Assembly: GCA_051294905.1 (NCBI GenBank)
Contig: CM119373.1
Location: 1,118,001 to 1,182,000, forward strand
Source: Botryllus schlosseri
Taxonomy: Eukaryota
Direction: 5' to 3'
DNA length: 64,000 nucleotides
Part shown: positions 37,521 to 50,089 of the stretch, piece after piece
Position numbering within the stretch: the stretch's first letter is position 1
How the letters are laid out: each line of letters begins with the position of its first letter
The notes under the pieces: generated by a model
Databases searched by the model: none
What the model was told of the DNA's origin: nothing
The model's input: only the letters and a program-made list of their open reading frames with translations
Made by a program: the position numbers and the translations under genes

Positions 37521-39601
37521 GTTATCGTCAGCAGTCGCCCAATGCATCTATCGGGAACCCGGACAATGATAGATTATTCCCCGATTTCGGAGACTTGCAT
37601 TTTAACAGTATCTGGGTCTCACAAAGCGCAGAAATTGATTTCATAATACCATCGCGGCTCAGGTGGCGCTCGGTATTACGAGAGTCGGCGATGTGTGACC
37701 GCAAGTAATGCCCGTCTTACAAAAACACTATTTTAATACGAAACAGAGGATAACTTCGCAAATTATCCTTAATTCGAGTGTTACATTCGTTTCGTAATAC
37801 GGGCATTAGTGTAGCTTTATTTTCGGAAAATAGAGGCATTACTACACTTGCTTATATGCTTCAACGTGTATCTTCTGCAGACAAAAGAACTAAAAGTAAT
37901 TCGAACTTGAAGTATGATACTTGCATTGAAATACAAATACCACTTCTTAAAATCGGAAAATACATTGCATGTCTTTTGTCCATAAAACTTCAAAGGTGAT
38001 CTGCTAAATCAGGTGTAACGTTCAAAAAAGCTGGATTTTCCAGATAAGCATAGGTAATTGCTAGATTGCGAATCGGTAGTTTTAAACGTTATGGTGGGCC
38101 ATATTTACTGTGATGAAATATTTGATATGGGCGACAATGCGGTGTGATAGGAACCAAACAATCCGGTATCTAAATTATATTCACTGATACTTTCATCAAA
38201 ACATATTTGTCACTTCATCACTACTATGCGCGAAGCGCAACAAAATTTCTGGGCTTTACTTGACTTTTATAAGTATTAAATCTTGATCCTCCGTGAAAAC
38301 AGCCCCGAAACTTCTCAGGCTAGCTTTCGTATTGGGGGATAAAACTACTTCTACTTGATAAAATGAAAATAGCGAAAAGTAAGTAAGTAGATCACAAAAT
38401 ATTACGAAGTCAAAATAGAAGTAGAGAAAATCATATCTACTTGAGTAAGTACCAGAAGTAGAGCAGAACTACTTGAGTACTTCCAAAAATAGAAGTACTT
38501 CGTTACTGACCACCTCTGACCGTTACTGTATTGTAGCTGTTCTTGGGAGAATTTAGTGTATCATTGTCAGTTTATTAATATTTTCATCGTTTCAAAACAC
38601 TATACAAAACTGCGATACAATGAAAGACATAAGGCGTCGAAACGAGTTGGAGCTTGGAGTAGTCATTGAAATCAGACACCCACCTTGGCATAGGTAAAGT
38701 AGAAAAGAGGAATGCCCACCGAATGAAAACTAAAGCAAAGAATATGAAAGGAAAGCGACAAAATGAGGTGGCATGGGGCGGAAAGCCAGATCGATATGTT
38801 AGGTCGTGGTCCGATAATCTGACTAGTATTCTAGTGTGTATGTGTGCGTGACTATTGTTATGTCTTTGTACAATGCATGTCGATCGCTGCTTCATCGCAA
38901 TGTTTTTTTTCCAATAACGCTTTGTGCTTGGTATTGTAGCATGGTACGAATGTTCGACTATATTTTCAGACTGCGCATGATTGTTTCCTGACATGAAGGA
39001 TTGTTTACCGCGGCGAACCGTCCAAGATCGCACCGTCGTAATCAATATTCACATTTCCATACACCAAATCGCCCTTGAATGCGTTAGCCGATAACGACAA
39101 ATCTTGTATTATTGCCGCCTTAAAAGATGGTTCGCTTGCAAGATTGAAAATATTAGGAATGAAATTTACATATCTCAATATATTGAAAATACGTCCTACT
39201 GGAGTTGATAGCATGGCGGGTAGAGTTTGATTCGTTGTTTGTGATATTCATGGGGCTTGTAGACTACTAATACGGTCATTTACACCAGGATGGTTTTCGT
39301 CATTTGTGTCCCTTAGCTACCGACTTGTAGCACTGCCCACTTCTGAGCTTCTAGAAGGCGTCGCTTACACGGATTATATGAAAAATAGGAGCCGGATCAC
39401 CGATTCATTGCACCACTTCACAAGCGATTGTGGACAGAGACAATGGGAATTTGGGTCGCAGGCTATAATCACTCAGCAAGTACGTCTATTTGCCTAGAGA
39501 TAAGTTTTTTATCACTCGAATATAACGCCAAATATTCCCAAACTCATATTCAGTGAAATTAAGCCATTCCACCAATATCCTACGTAACGAGGCGAACTTT
39601 T

Positions 39602-40282
39602 CCGATACGTCAGCGTACAATGGAATCGAGTATCGTATAGTTCTCAATACAGGAACCACATCGACGGAAGAGTCACGAGTCAGAAGAAAATGACTACGTT
39701 GATATAATTAATCCAAACAAGTATTTTAAACCCCGACTGACATCATCGTATCACGCTAGATCGATCACGGCTGATTTATGGCCATCACTTGCCAGCGCAA
39801 TTAATCCACCAGTAGCATGTAAAATTTAAAACATCTGTTTCCGGATAAGCGTAAATCCAAATGTAATCCAGTAAAAATCATCCAATACGCTGTACTCCAA
39901 TCCGAATTCACGCTTATATGTATAGTATACGAGCCCCCGATTCGTCGGCGTACAATGGAATCGAGTATCGTAGTTCTCGATACAGGAACCAGATCGTTGT
40001 AAGAGTCACGAGTCAGAAGAAAAAATGACTACTTTGATGTAATTGATACAAACGAGTATTTTGAACTCCGACTGACATGATCGCATCACGCTTGATCGAC
40101 CACGGCTGATGATTTCATGGACAATGGACATCATTTGCCAGCGAAATTATTTGGCGAGTAGCATGTAAAATCCACAAATCCGGGTCCGGATAAACGTAAA
40201 TCCAAAAATAATCCGGTAAAGATCCTCCAATGCGTTGCTTTTCCATGCAAATTGACGTTCGTTTGTACCGTATACGAGGCTC
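39602..40282 (-). repeat. Diverged tandem duplication (~340-bp unit) within a decayed orphan ORF
   Basis: 39602-39935 and 39938-40282 share CGTACAATGGAATCGAGTATCGTA...GAGTCACGAGTCAGAAGAAAA...GGATAA.CGTAAATCCAAA. Confidence 0.85.
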
Positions 40283-41056
40283 GCTGCTGGCACATACGCC
40301 ATCTACTGTCCTGAGCTGCGGCAAGTAGCTTTGGACGACGTCAACAACCGCTTGAACATGGCGGCTAGCAAGTAGCAGCAATCGAACCCCATATGATTAT
40401 TCAAAACTGTATGCTTACAATCATATCAATGTGATATACCATGGACTCAATGACACAAACGAGTTTGATTTGATAACACGTGCACCACACAGATAGCTTG
40501 CAGTCACACTCGATTGAACCGGAAATCATCGATCGAGAGATCCAAGAGAAATCAGAGTACACACCATAGAGATCAAGAAAGATTCGATGATCATACGTGG
40601 AAAATTACAGCAAAGAATACGATAACTTCGATATTACTCGCTTGATAATAAAATTATATTCACCGCAAACGAGTTTTGACACGCAGATAGCAACCTTACT
40701 CAATTCCAGAAAGCGCGACACGATAGGACAGCCGGGTTTTGAAATCAACAGGCAGAACCAGTGATCAATCCACTCATAAATAACGAGTCACGCCACAACC
40801 GCGAGAATTACGTCACAAATATTACACCAAACTCATTTCAAACGGAAATCAAACAGCCACATATCAATCAGATCGCTTGCAGCAATCCGTCACGAACTGC
40901 AATTCTGCAAAATGCGTAAGTCCGTTATCCTTTGTTTCTTTATTTTATTAGAGATTTTAGTTTCTTTAAGTTAAAAGACGATATGCGTCTATATCCACCA
41001 TTTCTCTACTACTGACATTTTCCGGAAACAACAACCGGCTTGTAGTAATAAAGTAA

Positions 41057-41505
41057 CTAATAACACTGGACTCTCCTGAAGCTAACCCGCGAGAACCTAA
41101 CCACACGCTTACCGTATGACTCATCTCTGTTTATCCCAAGATTCTGTCCGGGAGATCTTGCAATGGTCTCAATATCTAAACCTTTACCCACCGCGATAGA
41201 GGTCAACGTACCTCGAAGGACTTCAGCGACAAAGCTCAACAATTCCATGGCCGGTTCCGAGCTTAGATCACTGGCTGTTTGTGTATCGCCACTCTGATTA
41301 ATGTTGCTACTTGGAAACGACGGAAATTCGGTTTCAGAAACGATGTTCGGTGCGGACTGTTGCTGTTGCAACGTTCGTTTCGCGTCCCAGTAATTACTGT
41401 TCGAGTTGGTCATCATTGTGTTACGTTTGAACTCTTGTCGGCATCGTGCGCGTCCTACGTAACTCGCGGAGTGTGAACCTTCACGATTTACACAGTATGG
41501 TTCGT
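41057..41505 (-). mobile_element. Non-LTR retrotransposon ORF1 C-terminal fragment
   Basis: PYCVNREGSHSASY resembles a decayed CxxCxGxHxAxxxxC knuckle, followed by ETEFPSF. The ORF start is an artefact of a MITE end at 41512. Confidence 0.55.
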
Positions 41506-43199
41506 TTAGACCAGTGGTTCTAAACCTTTTTTTCTCCAGCGCTCCTTTCAAAAAATATCAATTCAGATTCAAGTATACTCGAATTATTGTACAAACTACT
41601 GGATTTTCAAAAAGCTCAACTATAGAACTATACCCGATTCAACTGAACACCGCCGAAAACCACGACACATGATTTCTAGTTGTTCGGCAACTAATATTTT
41701 TTTTTCAAATGTGCAACTAGAACTAGAACTACTGAATTTCAAAATCTGTAACTAAAACTAAAACTGAACTTTCACAATTAGCAACTAGTACTATTACGCC
41801 TACTCAATTCTCAAAACCTGCAACTAAAACTAGATCTTTGAACTTTCACAAATAGCAATTCTACAACTGCTCAATTCTCGAAATCAGTAACTAGAAACTC
41901 AAAACCGTTATTTAGTTGACAATCAATCTATACTAATTTTTTAGTTTTTGCAAGTCTGTGCCCATCTGGCCCTCTCTCAAATCTCAATATAGAAATGTTT
42001 CCTAACCTCGTCTTCGCGTACAAGGGCGAGAAGGATGCCAGCCATATATGCATCGCATGCTTCAGGCAGTAAGGACTGCATGCTTTGACTTCACCAGATT
42101 TACTAGTGGCGTAACCAGAATTCAGGTTATCCAGACTACCGATTACCGATATCGAAGGTTACCAGTCACTAGTAGCGTAACCGATTTCTGGTGTCAAAGG
42201 TTACTGGAGACAGGTAAACCTCCTGCCACTGCCTGAATTTTTCTAACAGTCTGGAATTGCGCCGTAGTGGAATAGTACTTGACTTTCCATTCGGACTGAT
42301 TGATATCGAACATTTTTACGTGTTTTGAATCAACGTGGTTGCAATCAATACAGGTAGCACGTGTTTTCATCTCTAACCCTTAACCGCGTCAGTCCATTAA
42401 ATCATTTCGTGTTATGAATCGGAACGATAAGCCATGCAAACGGGTTCTTCTACATGCAGCAATATGCGAGAAAATTGGCGACCGTATTAAACGCCTCTGG
42501 ATGGTGGATGTTCAGGAGCAGCTCAGCAGGTCTCCAGGTGACAGTGCGAGACCATGACGGAAGACAGGCTGAAATTTTTACATCACCGACGCCTCTCTAC
42601 GACCTTGACGGCCATCTTGGACTAATTGTACCGCCTATCGTGAATACTCATGCGGTATACCATTATGATAATACATTACGCTATGGTGTTGTAGCTGGGC
42701 CGCGGTCGTCAATCTTATACAGGGAGAGAGGCACGACGCATGTTGTTGACCCGCGCCGGTGTTTACTTCATCAATAATGAAATAGCGCAGACAATGGACA
42801 TTGTGGCGCACATTAACCTTATGTGAGTATTAATTAGCGGCGTCATCGACGAGGTACTATATTTGAAGGTTCTGTCGAACTGACGCTGCGCTGCCACCTA
42901 GACTGGCGTGTATACTAGGAGCCAGGCGCGCCGCACCATGGACCGCACAACTCCATGCTGTCAGTCAAGGTTATACGGAATTCGACAAGAAACCCCCGTT
43001 TGGCGAATGGGAGTTCTATCTCACGGGCAAGATGGGCTACCCGGTCTTACTCAGTCTCGTGAATAGGAGCTGCCATCAGTGGCCGCAGACTGTTGGCGTT
43101 CGTCACCATCGCGCTCTCTTGGCTTGACGCAAGCGTCTTCGCTCGGCTAGCACAACGGCGGACGAAGGCTTTCAAATGATAAACGAAAGCAATCGGGTA

Positions 43200-43871
43200 T
43201 GAGCGCTACTCTTATATTGGACAAATGCTGACTAGGGCTCAGACTATGGCGTGTCTTTTCTGCGCGGTTATTGAGGCTCGCGGCAACGGACTTTCGCGCC
43301 ACATTTCATTTTCAAGAGGACGCCGGTAGCGGGAAAGACCTTGCTATGTGATATTTCATTCCCGCCGCGTATTTCCAGTCTAGTTCCGCACGATGCGTCG
43401 GGTGTGGGTCAGTTACACATGGACTCACACTCTCGCGTGTTGAAATGCGATGACGCAGGTCTATATTTTTGGGGTCATTCCGGCATGATGTCGGCCGTTG
43501 AGCAGATGTTCCATGGGTCATGGTCGGCCAAGACACGCGGGTCGAAACAAGCCAACGGTTTAACTGTGGTCGAAGCTACCACCAATGCGCCTGACCCATT
43601 CACGTTACTGGTTGAATGTGGAGAAAATCGAGAGGCTTGGGAAAGACGTTTTCTAGTGTTCGAATTAACCGGACATTTTGTCCCGCGTCTCAGTAGCAGG
43701 CCGATTTCTAGCGCGACGTGCGAGTTAATATTAGACCGACTCGTAGCCGACCTCGTCCGCGCCGGCATTGCGGGCCTAGAACAAGACTTATGCGCCGATC
43801 ATTTTCGCACGGTTTCCGATTACCACGCCTGCCTCACCAACATGATGATGGCCGTATCAGACTATAGATAA
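43200..43871 (+). pseudogene. Superfamily 3 (viral-type) helicase, frameshifted at Walker A
   Basis: FHFQEDAGSG|KTLLCDI (Walker A, 43304-43350, one-base shift), VLKCDD (Walker B), MFHGSWSAKTRG (B'), VEATTN (motif C) and AWERRFLVFEL (Arg finger), with the compact SF3 spacing. Confidence 0.75.
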
Positions 43872-44057
43872 CTAACCTACGGATAGATGCACAACACATG
43901 ACTCACGGTAGAGTGATGCGACAACAGCAGAGTTGTTGTCGCTTCATGGCATGAAACGGGAGCGTAATTGCTAATCCCACTGATAACGACCCAAGCACTC
44001 AAATTAAATATAGTTGATCTTATTTGAAAGCTACAGACACGCTGATTCTTATAATAT

Positions 44058-45296
44058 ATGGTACGTTGTATTGGAACATACAATTATAGTCAGGACCAAC
44101 TGGTTACATTACCTCATGTTCCTTTCAGACGAGACGGCCTAGAATTACTGGGCAGAGCAACTTGATTGCCTGCCCCGGATTAAACTGGTGGTTCGCCGGT
44201 ATCAAAAGCAAGACCATATTATTGAATGATCTATATTAATAAAGACTACATTCTATGATGACTTTTCGATAGTGCAAACGGGGACTGCTCGTCTATGTCG
44301 ATAATAAATAACCACAAACCAAGGTTAGGTGCTAACCATCTGTATTTTGGGTGGATAACCCCTTACCGGTATGTTGATGTTCGCGAGTGGTATACGGGAA
44401 ACGCACACACTTCATCAGGCTAATGCCACCCCCGTCCGGTACGATAGCGGTATGTCGTCACGATGGTCAAGCCACTGCCAGTTCCGGCGTTGATTACTAA
44501 TGTTCAAGTGGAGCGACTGTGCCATTTACGGAAAAAAGATGGACGAATACGCCGGTATTCCGGAAATATGCGAGATTGGTGGGTTGATCAAGGAAATACG
44601 TAAGCTCACCGACGAATGTGTGGACCGTGGCCACGACAGACATACTGATAAGGAGTAAGTGCTGCTTTGTATAGTACTTGTATAGACACGCCAATGGTGT
44701 GTGTTGAGTTAGTATAATATGCAGCTATCATGGATAATGATAGGCATAATGTTATGTTACAGCTCGATGAAGGACGACTCATCAGTCGATATGGGATTGA
44801 CTATCTCTACTGTAGAAACACGCAGGTTTGTACACACAGTATATCGCTTGACTGTCCTGTACACGGTATTATTAAAAAACGATCGTGCGTTTAGTTGGGA
44901 CCCACAGCTTTCCACGGGCGGAGCGGGTGGTACCGACCGTGCCGAAGATGAATTGTGAGCATTTATTATACGATAACATTTATAATGGTGTCGACAATCA
45001 CTAAAACATTGCAGCGATGAACCCGTGTCCGACCAAGGGGAGCCCCGTGCCGTGGCGGCTCATATCGGCGAGCATGGTACGTCGTATTGGAACATACAAT
45101 TATAGTCAGAACCAACTGATTACGTTACCTATGTTCCTTTTAGACGAGGCGGCCTACAATTACTGGACAGAGCAACTTGATTGCCCGACCCGGATTATAC
45201 TGGTCATTCACCGGTACCAAAAGCAAGACCATATTGTTGAATGATCTATATTAATAAAGACTACATTCAATGATGACTTTTCGATAGTGCAAGCGG
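44058..45296 (+). repeat. Pair of ~225-bp paralogous orphan coding segments
   Basis: 44058-44281 and 45074-45296 are direct, diverged copies (…NYW.EQLDC..RI.LV..RYQKQDHI.E). Confidence 0.85.
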
Positions 45297-47159
45297 GTCC
45301 TGAACAGACGGCAAGCTGTCGTCAGTCAATGCGAGCATAATTATTATGAATGGTTTTCCTTGCGTAGTTTGCGCAATATTGCACAGAAACAGTCGCAATC
45401 AATAGCTGTCGACACAACCTCTACCACATTTAAATGTTCACCTTTACAGGAGTGACGCGATCCTCAAAACATACGCATTGATGCTAGGAGTCATTCGACG
45501 AAAACATGCTGTGTTATAGCTAGCTTGTAATTACTGACACAGAGTTCCTCAAAACGAAAGGCTATATACGCGTCGACTGACCATAGAACACACATGCGCG
45601 ACTATATGTGTATGTCAAATCACCTCAGACTCCGTACACCATCACCAATAAGACAGCAGCGGGTCTATATCCTATGGAGGCGTACACCTGCGTATCGACA
45701 TGTGGACGGGTAATATCAACCACCAATCGTCGCTGAGGAACAAGTAGTCAGCTATAGTTGAATGTAGTGCTTGTTATTCGTTGCTCGTGAATGCTGACGT
45801 GATATTCGACCACTCTATTACTCGTATATATATTTACTAATGTATGGGAACCAGGAAAATATACAGGATCAATATTCAGGCATAAGTGTAACAACAGTTA
45901 ACATTGTCGTGTATTATCTATCTATAGGTATCGGAATGATACGTAAACGAGAATAACATGTCCATGGACGTATAACGTATATATAACAAGATGTGTTACT
46001 GGCCTTCAATGTGCGTATCCATTAGGTGTGTGTGTGCCCATAAGGAGTCCGTGCTAATAGTTACCGGTATCCAGCCGGTGGGATGACATTCGATTCGTGC
46101 GTCTACCTGGAGTGTTGTGCTAGCGATAAAACTCCACTGTACTGTGCCCTTACCACAGTGTACATGTACATTTGCAATCGCCCGTGCCTTCGCTACTTGT
46201 AAACATGTAGTTTTGTATTTCAACGTGTTGTAGTAACACCACAGTGTGTGGATAGGTCGTGTTAAATGTTCATGATAACATAACGAACGTATCTGCTCAG
46301 ATTTGTAACGGGATGATATACTGTTAATGGAGGAGTATACCGATCGGTAAGTCGTTGTTATAGTTATACAACGTATGTATATTCATGCAACGGATTAAAT
46401 GTACCGTCCCGTGCAAACACCGGTATTGTTATGTGTGGATGGTGACGTGCTGCCATCGCGACCAACCCGACGATAAGTTAATGCTACCCATCGACGAATT
46501 GGTATCAACATGGACGCAGGTACGCGGTCGTGCAGACCCGACTTTAGGCATTATATCAGTTATATACGTCTGGGACCGGTGACTGACGACTAGTGTGACC
46601 CGCGTGTACTCTAAGGTGGCGTGGGCACTCGAAAAATCACGTAACTGTCACGCCAAGAGACCCTCGACGACTTTGTTAAAAGGCGAAGTCGCTATTGCTT
46701 TTCGTTGATTTTAACTATGTTCCATTTCGAGTTGGGTGACATAATTTCGCATGGTATATTTTGATGCTGTCATATCACGCTGTACCAAGTTTCAAGACTA
46801 TGGCTTTATGACTAGCGTATCTAGTAGATCAGCGCGCACCGATATATTGTCGACTTTGATAACGGAATTACTATGATAATCATTGAGTGACGATACTGAA
46901 ACTTACTGCGAAGCTGCATAACACAACCATGCCAAATTTCGTCATCCATATCGGTATGAAACCCTTTAAAAACTCACAGATACAAATATCAAATTTTGCG
47001 AAAATTCCATTAGGCGGTAGGCTCATTACGACATCAGCGCACGCGGACCCTTGATACTCGATATGGGACCTTAACTCGGAGTGGGAAATCTATTATAGTC
47101 GATTCCAGTATGGTCGACATCAAGAGTAGACCCGTGAACTAGTATTGAAGTCCAGTCCA

Positions 47160-47925
47160 GGACTTCACCAGAATAGGCATATAGCGACATCTGTAATCGG
47201 TGAGCTATGTCCGTATTGAGTCCTATTATGTATTTGCCCATTCACAAATGTACTTTCGAACCGCGAACCTGATTCAACACTCCGATTGCCTAGCCGAACA
47301 AGGCAAATGTTGACTAAGGCTACGCAAGTCCCTAAAATGAAGTGACATTCGGAGAAATGATGTGGTATTAGCGCCTTCAAACAGACTCCACTATCTGAAA
47401 TACGCAACTCAACTCAGTTACACAACCGCCCCTCACGAAAGCGCCGCTTCAAATGAACAAGCGTGTTAGTTTGCGTCTTCCACCCGTCAATGTCAAAAAA
47501 CATCTTGCCAGTTAATTTACTACATTGTGAAAATTTACCCCACGTAGCTGCGGGCCTAAGCGAGCCGAAACAGCATCGAAGTTATTGTTGTAACCACTGT
47601 ATGAAACTCTTTTGTTGAATACTGTTTTCAAGCATTCGAAATGTTAAATTAGCCACCGACATACGAACCAACATTGGCTATTCTTCAGCAACCAATCTGA
47701 GGTCAAAAATGTTGTTGCCAGATAATCTATTGGAAGAATATTTATTTTCGGCTGTACCACCGATGAAAGGGAGACATTTATTGATTCTGCCCGTCAAAAA
47801 GAAATCACACTAGCACACGGAAATAGTAACAAGGATACTTAATCCCGGGACAGGGTGTGATCGATGTGGCTCTGGCTAGGGTCAACTGTTGTGAAGATTA
47901 CCCCGTGCGTCCAACTATTAGAGAT
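47160..47925 (+). repeat. ~770-bp dispersed repeat, copy 2
   Basis: Direct homologue of 13474-14247. Confidence 0.85.
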
Positions 47926-49579
47926 ACACTATACACTACACATCCTTGAGATACGATTTAAGCCTGCGCCGATGGTTACCAAGTAATTTAAACTAGATCA
48001 AAATTCGATTGAAGTCATATAAGAAGTTTGGTTCAAGTGAGTGAGTATCGACCACAATGAGCAGTGTATAGAACAGAGATAGATACTTTTTCCATTTGAT
48101 TACTTCTCATAGTTTACGACAACGTAAGCTCCGATCACTTCGTTTGTGGTCAATTTATTTGTGATAGAACAATGGAGACCCAGTAAAACGCACAATCAAC
48201 GAGTCATTGCTCACTCTCAAAGGTCACACCAGCGTATCGCGCACAATCCGAATATAAGCAAGATCAGCCATTTTTTATCGACAATGTTACTTGATGACTT
48301 GAAATTGACTCGCATATTTTGCTTTGAGTCACGAGTTAATCCACATTTCTGAAACGTCGAGTCAAGTCCTACGAAAAAGGTGACTCAAGTCATCCCAACA
48401 CTGCTCCATACCCACTGTGCGCGATGCAAATTCCGTGCTTTAAACATGAAAATAAAATGTCAATACTCCAAACAGCCCCGAAATTCCTCAGGTTATCTTC
48501 CTGATTTGAGGAATAAACTACTTCTACTTGACAAGATACTACGAAGTAGAAGGGAATTAGATATACTTGAGTAAGTATCCAAGTAGCTGAAAACTACTAG
48601 ACTACTTTCGTTACCGACCACCTCTGGGTATTTTATGACTTCATCGACAATGCAATTTGCAGACTGCCGTGGGTTTGTTAAGAACCACATACGGCACCGT
48701 CAAACATTCGACTGCTGTCCTGTCCGCAGTCTACCTCACAAAATACTGCAACGACTCATGCAAAAAAATGAATTTTATTGAAGAACTTGTTGCGGTTGCG
48801 GCTGGAGTATCGTTGGGGTAAGGGTAACGAATGCAGGGCTTTGGAGCAGGAGCAGTTCAACATTTATGGCTGCTCCAAAGCCCCGCCTCCGATACCATAA
48901 CCCTAACCGTTCATAGAAGTCATAAATATCGGCATGTTCATATGGAAACCAGATAGTTGGTGACTTTTTGTAAATCATCAGTTTCCCAAATCTTTCACTC
49001 AGGTTGCTGGGATGCCTGTAACAATTTTTCCGTTACAGAGGATGCCGAGAGGTGAAAGAGGTTGAGACCCACAGGCTGGCGCAGTGAAAGCAACGGTAGC
49101 TCTGTCTTACAATGCCGAAATACAAGAAAACGTGCTGCACCAATGTGCAGATATGACTTCGGAAGCCTTCAATTGGAGCGATGCGTTGACAATCTGGAAG
49201 ACCAGTGTTGAATTTACTTAACATTAAAGATTGCAGCGAACATCACTCACGAACATCTATGTCATCCAATTCGAAACCAACAGCAACTAAGGCATATTCA
49301 ACACCGACATGTACGATTTTGAGGGGATGAAGCCAGGAATCTCCAACACGTAGCCGGCGAGGAACCCCAAGTAATTCCGTTGCGACGTCGGAAACTTGAG
49401 GCCCAGCACCCAGTAGCACGACACCAACGCCGCGAGCGCAGTTCGCATGTCCTCGACACCGGTGATTTTCACCCCGTCTACGGCTACGTGGATACGTCCC
49501 GAGCAGTCGATCACAATTGTAGGAAAAGGCGCCGTCAGTGCTTTCTTAAAAGAAAACCATTTTCACAACAGTTGATCAT

Positions 49580-50089
49580 TAGGGCTGTTAAAAAAAAACT
49601 ATTTTTCCTGAATCTTGCTGGCCAGGTGATTAAATCGTTAGGTTGCCTTAAAAAACGACGCACATAAAATTTGAATTCATTCTAACCGCCCCGGTGATCG
49701 CGGATTTCATGCAGTTTGAAAATTTCGAATTTACTGAAAATTGCAAAAAAAATTTTTTTTTATATTTTTCTGTCAACCATATGAAATTGTTGTCTTCTAA
49801 CACAAATGCAAAATAAATTTGACTCAATTCCAAGCCGTAGAAGCCCAGTTATCTGAGTTTGTCGATAATTCTTGGAATATTATCGACAGATCAAGGATAA
49901 TCCCAGAATTATCAAGGAAAAACTCAAATTTGGCATTTTTCAGTAAATTCAAAATTTTCAAACTGTAAGAAATCCGTGATTAGCGGTAGGGGTAATTCAA
50001 ATTGGGTGTGCGTCGTTTTTCAAGGCAGCCTAACGATTTAATCACCCAGCCAGCAAGATTCAGGAAAAAAAGTTTTTTGAACAGCCCTA
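49580..50089. mobile_element. hAT-type MITE with long imperfect TIRs
   Basis: TAGGGCTGTT...AACAGCCCTA with TSD TTGATCAT/TTGCTCAT (7/8) and arms complementary over >100 bp. Related ends at ~26345, ~50222 and ~58152. Confidence 0.85.

Larger units (their letters stand above)
33013..37805. mobile_element. PIF/Harbinger DNA transposon, near full length
   Basis: TIR TGGCCGTATTACGAAA / TTTCGTAATACGGGCA with TTA TSD (33010-33012, 37806-37808). The empty site is seen in the MITE copy near 24465. Contains convergent Myb/SANT and transposase genes. Confidence 0.93.
32581..38518. mobile_element. CAGAGGTGG-family MITE in inverted orientation, split by a Harbinger insertion
   Basis: 32581-33012 plus 37809-38518 rebuild the reverse complement of ~23742-24900, and the right end is CCACCTCTG at 38518. 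Confidence 0.88.
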
